A model generated the notes under the pieces. It was not told the DNA's origin, did no database searches, and worked only from the letters and a program-made list of their open reading frames with translations. A stretch of DNA of 56,232 bases from Candidatus Uhrbacteria bacterium (GTDB lineage Bacteria > Patescibacteriota > Patescibacteriia > UBA9934), in NCBI GenBank assembly GCA_018673485.1, contig JABHCP010000002.1:67502-123733 (forward strand), given 5' to 3'. Position 1 is the stretch's first letter; each line of letters begins with the position of its first letter. The position numbers were made by a program, and so were the translations under genes. Shown here piece by piece: positions 40,515-46,994 of this stretch.

Positions 40515-41063
40515 ATGAGTGTGTTGATGGTTGGTGGAATTCACGGAGTTGGGAAGACATTTGTGATCAGGAGAGCTGTGGATATTGTAGACCCATCGTT
40601 ACCGATTTTGAAGGGGTCCGAGATCCTAGCTCAGCTGTTAGATATTTCTACAGAGGAAATTCCATACGTAGATTCGAGTCGCCGAGCCAGTGCTAGGGTG
40701 CAGATGTTCCTGCGACTACAAAATGCTAGAGTAGGAGTTAGAGATGCACACTATAGCGTGCATTCATCAAGCGGATATGAGGCTGTTTTCGATCTTCGAG
40801 CTGCCAAGCATGTCGCGGCCATTGTGCTGCTGGTAGCTCCAGAGAATATTGTGTTAGAGAGGCGGCGGAATACTGGAAAGGACAGGCCCTTGGACATCGC
40901 TCAGATTCGCGAGCATGCCGAAATTGAGGAAGAGGCCGCTAAGAACTATTCTCAAAGGTTGGGTGTGCCCTTCTATATTGTCCGCAATACGCAAGATGAT
41001 GACGCAATCGGTGAGTTGGTACATCTAATTGAAAGGTATTGCGTGAAATCTCGTGAGGCATGA
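40515..41063 (+). CDS. P-loop nucleoside monophosphate kinase (archaeal AdkA-like)
   Basis: Walker A GIHGVGKT, DAH, LERRR..GKDR lid-like segment. SD AGGAGG precedes the ATG at 40515. Confidence 0.8.
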   Translation: MSVLMVGGIHGVGKTFVIRRAVDIVDPSLPILKGSEILAQLLDISTEEIPYVDSSRRASARVQMFLRLQNARVGVRDAHYSVHSSSGYEAVFDLRAAKHVAAIVLLVAPENIVLERRRNTGKDRPLDIAQIREHAEIEEEAAKNYSQRLGVPFYIVRNTQDDDAIGELVHLIERYCVKSREA

Positions 41064-41137
41064 ATTGATATTTATCAAAACATGCCTCCATAATGCTTTT
41101 CCGTTGAGGTGAATAGTCTTAAGAAAAAATAATCTAT

Positions 41138-41863
41138 ATGTATAAAGATATAAGTCCATTCGGTATTAACATAGACGCATCCACAATTGGTGAGGCATGG
41201 GTGGATTTAGTCGATGCAATTTTGGAGCACGGAAAAAAATCTTTAGATGAAGATAGGGGAAGGTTGGCACTGCAAAATGTTAGATTGAGAATTAGCGATG
41301 TTTCATTGCCAGATAAAATTATTGAAAAATATGGAGATAAGGAAAACATTGATGCGATTTTGCATCTTACATTGAAGGGTGATGAAATGTATGACTTTGA
41401 CGTTGTTCCCAGCTTTAGCCCTGGTGCAAAAAGTTACAATGCCAGGATTAAGGAGGGGAGAATGATAGAGTTCGTGGTCAAGAGGTTGAGCAACATTCCT
41501 GAGAGCAAAAAAGCTATAATAAGTTTTATACACTGGGATGATTATAAGGCAGTTCTCGATACCCCATTTGACGATTATTTACCTTGCATAACGACGGTTC
41601 AGTTTAGATTGCTTGAGGATAAAGATGGATTGAAAATGAATGTTAATTTTACCGCGAGGTCGATAGATGCTTTTCAAAAGGCAAATGGAAATATTATTGC
41701 CATAGTTGCTTTAGCTCAGGAGGTTTGCGGGCAATTAATGACGAGTCTGGATAAGAAGATTGAAATAAATGCCATTGATGGCTTCATTACAGATGCTCAT
41801 GTGTATGGTGAGTGCTTAGAAGGTGCCAAAGCAGTTGTAGCCAAAGTTAGGTCAGAGATATGA
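41138..41863 (+). CDS. Thymidylate synthase-fold protein (ThyA / hydroxymethylase superfamily)
   Basis: SYNAR, PESKKAII, LPC (catalytic Cys), QF, RSID, aligned Asn (RSIDAFQKANGN), DAHVY. Confidence 0.88.
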   Translation: MYKDISPFGINIDASTIGEAWVDLVDAILEHGKKSLDEDRGRLALQNVRLRISDVSLPDKIIEKYGDKENIDAILHLTLKGDEMYDFDVVPSFSPGAKSYNARIKEGRMIEFVVKRLSNIPESKKAIISFIHWDDYKAVLDTPFDDYLPCITTVQFRLLEDKDGLKMNVNFTARSIDAFQKANGNIIAIVALAQEVCGQLMTSLDKKIEINAIDGFITDAHVYGECLEGAKAVVAKVRSEI

Positions 41864-42699
41864 AGACTAAAATTATAAATACAGACACCGCGGGTAATAT
41901 AGAAAACAATAAACTGGAGGACCTTTCCGTTTTGGAGGATGTCGAGAAGATATTTAAAAAACGTAGGCCTCATATAGCTCATATTCCAAAAGAAGGCAGT
42001 GTTGTGGTGGCATCTGTTTCCGGTGGAATGGATACGATAGCTAATTTAGCCATTCTCATGCAAGAATTTAAGCTAAAGGTATATCCAATATTCATAAATA
42101 GAGGACAGACTAATTATGTTTGGGAGAAGAAGTCGGTAGACTTTTTCAATAATTATTATAATAAAAGATTTCCCAAATATTATAATGACTATATTGAGGT
42201 AGAGTTAGCATCACCACCAGATGGATATAAGGAAATGTTGAATAGCACAAGGGCCCTACCTGACAACGTAGAGATGAGGAGGAATGTGGCGTACCCATCG
42301 AGAAATTCAACTATTGCATTAACATGCATGGAATATGCTTATGCCCTGCAAAGCAAGGGTGTATATCCTAAGACCGTATTTTCTGTTCATACAGCCGATG
42401 ACCCAGTTTTGCATTCTTCATTAACAGCTGTCAGGGTTGCGAATCTACTGATGTGTCAGATTACCGCAGACTATAATTGGCAGTTCATCTCTTTACCCAT
42501 TGAAAAAGAATTAGGTAATTATTTCGGTAAAGCAAGATTGGTTAAATGGGCTTATGAAAATGATATTCCACTGGAGAAAACCAGGAGTTGTTATAAGGCC
42601 AGCAAAGAACACTGCGGGGAATGTTTTCCGGCGTGTAAAAATAGAAAAAAGGCATTCGCAGATGCTGACATAGAAGATAGTACTTCTTACATCATTTAA
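41860..42699 (+). CDS. QueC-like PP-loop ATPase #2 (divergent)
   Basis: VSGGMDT, YPSRN, TRSCYKASKEHCGECFPAC. YPDC is replaced by VLHS. ATGA overlap with the TS-like gene. Confidence 0.85.
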   Translation: MKTKIINTDTAGNIENNKLEDLSVLEDVEKIFKKRRPHIAHIPKEGSVVVASVSGGMDTIANLAILMQEFKLKVYPIFINRGQTNYVWEKKSVDFFNNYYNKRFPKYYNDYIEVELASPPDGYKEMLNSTRALPDNVEMRRNVAYPSRNSTIALTCMEYAYALQSKGVYPKTVFSVHTADDPVLHSSLTAVRVANLLMCQITADYNWQFISLPIEKELGNYFGKARLVKWAYENDIPLEKTRSCYKASKEHCGECFPACKNRKKAFADADIEDSTSYII

Positions 42700-42711
42700 T
42701 GAAAATAGTTT

Positions 42712-43284
42712 ATGAGTAGAAGACTGTTGGATGGAATAGAAACTAAAGTTCTGATTGAGCAAAAGCGTGAAATTCAAATGAAACTTTTATCACTGGGGTG
42801 GGAGATACAGGATTTGGTTTCGAAAAGAGAGGAGCGGTTATTTAGTGACGGTGATTCAACAAGGGTTATATTGAAAACAGATAAGAACAATCGTACCAGT
42901 TCTATGCAGGTTGATGTTGATTCAATGAACTCTATTGATGAGAGGAACGGTTGCTGTAGCTACGTGGTGCAGTTTGGTGATATAAAAAAAATACGGGAGG
43001 CATTATCTATGTCAGATTTTAGCAATCAAAGAGTATTGGAATTTTTTCAGCAAGCCTGGATGAATGAATCATACGGCAATGATTTGAATGTTATTTTTGA
43101 AATGTTACCTTTTGCCAATATTCTTAGAATTAGAGGTACGTCTCAAAAAGTAGAAGAATTATTGGAGCATTTAGATTTAATATATGCAGAGAGATTAGAT
43201 TGCAATTATTGGACTGCGTATGAGAATTTTTGCAAAGTCAATTCTATCGTAGAGAGACAGAATATAGAATTTGGTAGCAACTAA
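42712..43284 (+). CDS. Hypothetical protein, possible degenerate CYTH (triphosphate tunnel) domain
   Basis: The N-terminus IETKVLIEQKREIQMKLLSLGW resembles the CyaB ExExK start. Later motifs are not clearly canonical. The ORF itself is well supported. Confidence 0.5.
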   Translation: MSRRLLDGIETKVLIEQKREIQMKLLSLGWEIQDLVSKREERLFSDGDSTRVILKTDKNNRTSSMQVDVDSMNSIDERNGCCSYVVQFGDIKKIREALSMSDFSNQRVLEFFQQAWMNESYGNDLNVIFEMLPFANILRIRGTSQKVEELLEHLDLIYAERLDCNYWTAYENFCKVNSIVERQNIEFGSN

Positions 43285-44067
43285 ATAAATTTTATGATGA
43301 GTTTGATTGCATGTTGCAGAAAGGCTTAAATAAACTATTGCGTTGCTAGTGGAGGTACTATGTTGACCACATTTTGAAATTATCCCCATTGAGTGTTGAA
43401 GTCGACGAGACAGGATTTGGTTGTAAGGTTCGCATAGATTTTAGAACGTGTTGAAGGGCTTCAACACGTTTTTGGTGTTTTGGGTTGTTTTGGCTATTGC
43501 GTAGAGCCCCAATAGATAGTGCAATAGACATAGAACGTTCAGAGCTTTGCAATTTGCGAAGCACGCAATTCAAATCGAGTCTCGAGGCTTGGTCTGACAG
43601 ACGTATTGCGACTGCATCACCCGTAAGTCAATGTGTATTAGAAGAGAGAACTGTGCATATTGATAAACGATGCTGTGGCCACGATGCGTAATAATCAAAC
43701 ACGCGCTTCTTTAAGGGGAGTGGGAGGCGCGCATGTCCGTACAACTTCTATTTGTGGGTCTGTCACAAAACAACCATTTGGTTCATTTATCCAAAAGCGT
43801 TGCTGCAGCACCTACGAGAAAATACAGCAATAGCGCCACTATTACAGTATTTTCTCGCAGGCACTTCGCTAACGTTTTGAAAAAATGACCTCAAAAGTTT
43901 GTTCTGCGACAGACCCATATCTTTGGCAAGCGGGCGCATGAAACTCGCGTCCTCAAGCGTCCGCGCACCAAAGGGTCGTCTCTGTCTGGGCACAACTCCT
44001 ATGCAGGCAGAGACGGAAGTCTAATTTCAGATTTACGCCTCATCTTTCACTCAAGTGTGAGGAACAG

Positions 44068-45942
44068 ATGCACAGCGCCCGATACCTTTTCTATTCGTTT
44101 ATGATCGTCTCTATGAGCTTCATGGCAAGCCTGCTACTCGCTGGGTGTCTGGGCTTTGGTGGCGGTGGTCAAGATGTGATCACGATCCAGATGCCTTTTG
44201 CCTATGGCTACAGTAGCCTGTGCACTCAGGGTGTTAATGGGTCGTATTCACACGGTTATAGCTCAACTCGCTATGATCTTGATCTCGATACACCTAACGA
44301 TCGTGACGATTATATCTACGCACCCATTGGCGGTACTGCTTATGTGCATGACTCCGACCGTGATGACGGATTTGGCGTGCACATTAATATCGATTTGGGT
44401 GATGGGACTTACATCATTCTCGCTCACTTGGACGACACACTCATCGGCGACGGTGAGGAGGTGGCGCAAGGTCAGTTGATCGCTATCGAGGGCACGACCG
44501 GTGCCTCCTCCGGTGATCACCTGCACATCGGTAGGCATAGCGGTGACGCCACCAGCAACGGCTGGGACGGCGTGTCGCTCGAGGGCTTGGTTATTGAGGC
44601 CTACAGCTCCAGCGACGGAGGTCTCGATTCCTATCTTACCTCCGAGTTCGTCTGTGACCTGTCCGGTGGACACTACTACCAGTCTCGAATGGAGACACCG
44701 GTTTGGCACCCAAATGGCACCTTGGTGATGACTCCAAACTCGCCCGACGTGTACGTTCTTAACGAGGGCTATAAGTACCTCATTGAGGACGAGGGCGTGT
44801 TTTGGAGCTACAACTGGGACTTTTCCCAGCTCGTGTACGTCGATGAGACCGAGCTCGCATGCTACGCAGATGGTGCGAGTTTGAGTGACGAAACGCAGAT
44901 CACTGCCGTCTACAACGAAGGCGTAGTGTGGTTGCTTGTTGGCGCTCAAGATGGTGAGGACTATCTGCGCTATCGGGTGTCGTCGAGCTACTGGCAAGCG
45001 ATCCTCAAGAGCTGGGGAATTACCGCCTCGACTTATGATGATCTTTCTACCAGCACCGAGCTCTTCGACTACTACTACGAGAGTTCGCAAAGCGCCACTT
45101 TGCGTGAGGGCACACTTGTCACTGAAGCTTCGAGCTCAGACGTATATGTGATCATGCAGGGCGCCGCTTACCCGATCTTGGATTGGGATACGTACTTAGG
45201 GCTTGGGTTTTGGAACCGTGAAGTCATCGCGCTTGATGATGGAGCCGTGCATGGAATCCAAGGGTCGGTGGGCGACTGCAACACTGGATTCGGGTGCATC
45301 ACCTACGAGGATCTGCTTTACTGCGGAGGGGAGTCATGGGACGGAAGCACTTATCCTGACGACACCCAGGACACAAGTGAATATGGCGACGAGGGTGATA
45401 CTGGTGAACCATTGGATGAGCCAGAAGACGATCCGGATGATCCAGAGCTTGGAGACACTGGCTTCGATGATGATCCTGACGATCAGCAAGACACAGGTGA
45501 CGAGCAAGATGAGCAGGATGATCCTGATGACGATCCTGTGGATGATCTTCCTGATGATCTTGGTGAAGGTCTTTCGTGGATTCGTGTTGATGGTGGTTAT
45601 ATCGGCCTGCGAGTTGCAGAGGTATTTGATTCGTCAGTCGATGGCGAAGATGTCGCAGCAACCGGAGTCGGAGTTGATTCAGGCTGGGGCTACAACGGCT
45701 CCAACCTTGCAGACTACGAGAGCGAGACTGACATGGCGTGGTACGAGCTTTCCACTGGGTGGTACAGAATGACCATGCGAACGTCGTCAGAATGGGCAAT
45801 TTATAACCACTACTGCGCATCTACCTCGAGCACCTCGGATCTGTGTCACGAAAACGCAGATGGCTCTTACGCGCTGTGCTTTGAGGTCTCGAGCGGGGAA
45901 GTGCAAACGCTCTCAAGCGCAGATTGCGCAACACTTGAATAA
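44068..45942 (+). CDS. M23 family metallopeptidase, putative lipoprotein, with acidic linker
   Basis: Lipobox LLAG-C; H..D motif (SHGYSSTRYDLD); YIILAHL; HLH (SSGDHLHIG); two repeats HPNGTLV..PDVYVL / LREGTLV..SDVYVI; D/E-rich linker. Confidence 0.88.
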   Translation: MHSARYLFYSFMIVSMSFMASLLLAGCLGFGGGGQDVITIQMPFAYGYSSLCTQGVNGSYSHGYSSTRYDLDLDTPNDRDDYIYAPIGGTAYVHDSDRDDGFGVHINIDLGDGTYIILAHLDDTLIGDGEEVAQGQLIAIEGTTGASSGDHLHIGRHSGDATSNGWDGVSLEGLVIEAYSSSDGGLDSYLTSEFVCDLSGGHYYQSRMETPVWHPNGTLVMTPNSPDVYVLNEGYKYLIEDEGVFWSYNWDFSQLVYVDETELACYADGASLSDETQITAVYNEGVVWLLVGAQDGEDYLRYRVSSSYWQAILKSWGITASTYDDLSTSTELFDYYYESSQSATLREGTLVTEASSSDVYVIMQGAAYPILDWDTYLGLGFWNREVIALDDGAVHGIQGSVGDCNTGFGCITYEDLLYCGGESWDGSTYPDDTQDTSEYGDEGDTGEPLDEPEDDPDDPELGDTGFDDDPDDQQDTGDEQDEQDDPDDDPVDDLPDDLGEGLSWIRVDGGYIGLRVAEVFDSSVDGEDVAATGVGVDSGWGYNGSNLADYESETDMAWYELSTGWYRMTMRTSSEWAIYNHYCASTSSTSDLCHENADGSYALCFEVSSGEVQTLSSADCATLE

Positions 45943-46007
45943 CACTCAACCTTGAGTGTTCTAACGGGCCGCATCGCGGCCCGTTCATGCTAGCACTACA
46001 CCGGTGC

Positions 46008-46911
46008 CGGGCCGTTGATTGTAGCATTTTATCATTTATATTAAGGTTTTTATGTCTAGATCTTTAAGAATACAATATCCTGGAGCTTTATATCATGTAA
46101 CCAGTCGTGGCAATCGCAAAAAAGATATTTTTACCAGCGATTCAGATCGGCAGATCTTTATATCCTTATTGCGTCGTATTATCAAAAAGCACAATTTATT
46201 GTTACACGCATATTGCTTGATGAATAATCACTATCATCTACTTTTAGAGACAATAGATCCAAATTTGTCTTGCAGCATGCGCGAACTAAATGGTCGATAT
46301 GCTCAGACTTACAATAAAATCAATGGAACGGTGGGACATCTATTCCAGGGCAGGTATAAGGCATTTGTTATAGAGAAGGAATCATATTTATTGGAAGTTG
46401 CACGATATATAGTCATAAATCCAGTTCGAGCAAAGCTCACTAAGCATCCCGGTGATTGGGAGTGGAGTAGTTATAGGTCCACGGCAGGACTGAATAGCAT
46501 TCATGATTCTGTATATTCAGATTTTTTGTTAGGCATGTTTTCAAAAAGTAGAAATATTGCCCAGGACGAATATCAGCGTTTTGTTCTCGGTGGTATAGGA
46601 TTGAAGTCACCGTTTCAAGATTCTCGAGAAGGTAATATTTTAGGTTCTGCAAGATTTGCTGCAGAATTATGGAATGAGAATCTTGAGTGCATTAATGAAA
46701 TTGTTCGCGCTGAGCGTATGGTTGCAAGGCCAAGCCTGAGTGATATTTTTGAGCGCACGTTTATGAAAGAAGATAGGAATAAGGCTATCTATCAAGCTCG
46801 TTTGCGCGCAGGTTATTCAATGACTGAAATTGCAAAATTTCTGGATTTACATCGAACAACTGTTAGTGGAATATTCAGTAAAATGTTCAAAACACTACAA
46901 TCAACGGCCCG
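46008..46911. mobile_element. IR-bounded Y1/HUH (RAYT-like) transposase element
   Basis: Perfect 17-bp inverted repeat: cgggccgttgattgtag (46008-46024) and ctacaatcaacggcccg (46895-46911). Confidence 0.7.
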
Positions 46912-46930
46912 ACCCCCGGTTGAGGAATAA
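46052..46930 (+). CDS. REP-associated/IS200-like tyrosine transposase (Y1_Tnp) with C-terminal HTH
   Basis: YHVTSRGN, YCLMNNHYHLL (HUH), GHLFQGRY, YIVINP, WEWSSY, and a C-terminal HTH (YSMTEIAKFLDLHRTTVS). Confidence 0.9.
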   Translation: MSRSLRIQYPGALYHVTSRGNRKKDIFTSDSDRQIFISLLRRIIKKHNLLLHAYCLMNNHYHLLLETIDPNLSCSMRELNGRYAQTYNKINGTVGHLFQGRYKAFVIEKESYLLEVARYIVINPVRAKLTKHPGDWEWSSYRSTAGLNSIHDSVYSDFLLGMFSKSRNIAQDEYQRFVLGGIGLKSPFQDSREGNILGSARFAAELWNENLECINEIVRAERMVARPSLSDIFERTFMKEDRNKAIYQARLRAGYSMTEIAKFLDLHRTTVSGIFSKMFKTLQSTARPPVEE

Positions 46931-46994
46931 GTAGTTTAATATGTGTGCAAAAATGCTCAAAAAAGTATCTGCGTCATGCTATAATGATTCCAGT

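Noticed and set aside
36419-43284. Calling the island a queuosine/preQ0 (que or dpd) operon, QatABCD, type IV CBASS or Kongming
   Set aside because: The required partners (QueD/QueE/FolE/TGT/DpdA; QatA/B/TatD; CD-NTase; adenosine deaminase and Sir2) are not in the window, and the QueC-like proteins lack YPDC.
46052-46930. The RAYT-like transposase as the mobiliser of repeat families A-C
   Set aside because: Its flanking inverted repeat shares no evident sequence with those families, so the link is unsupported from this window.
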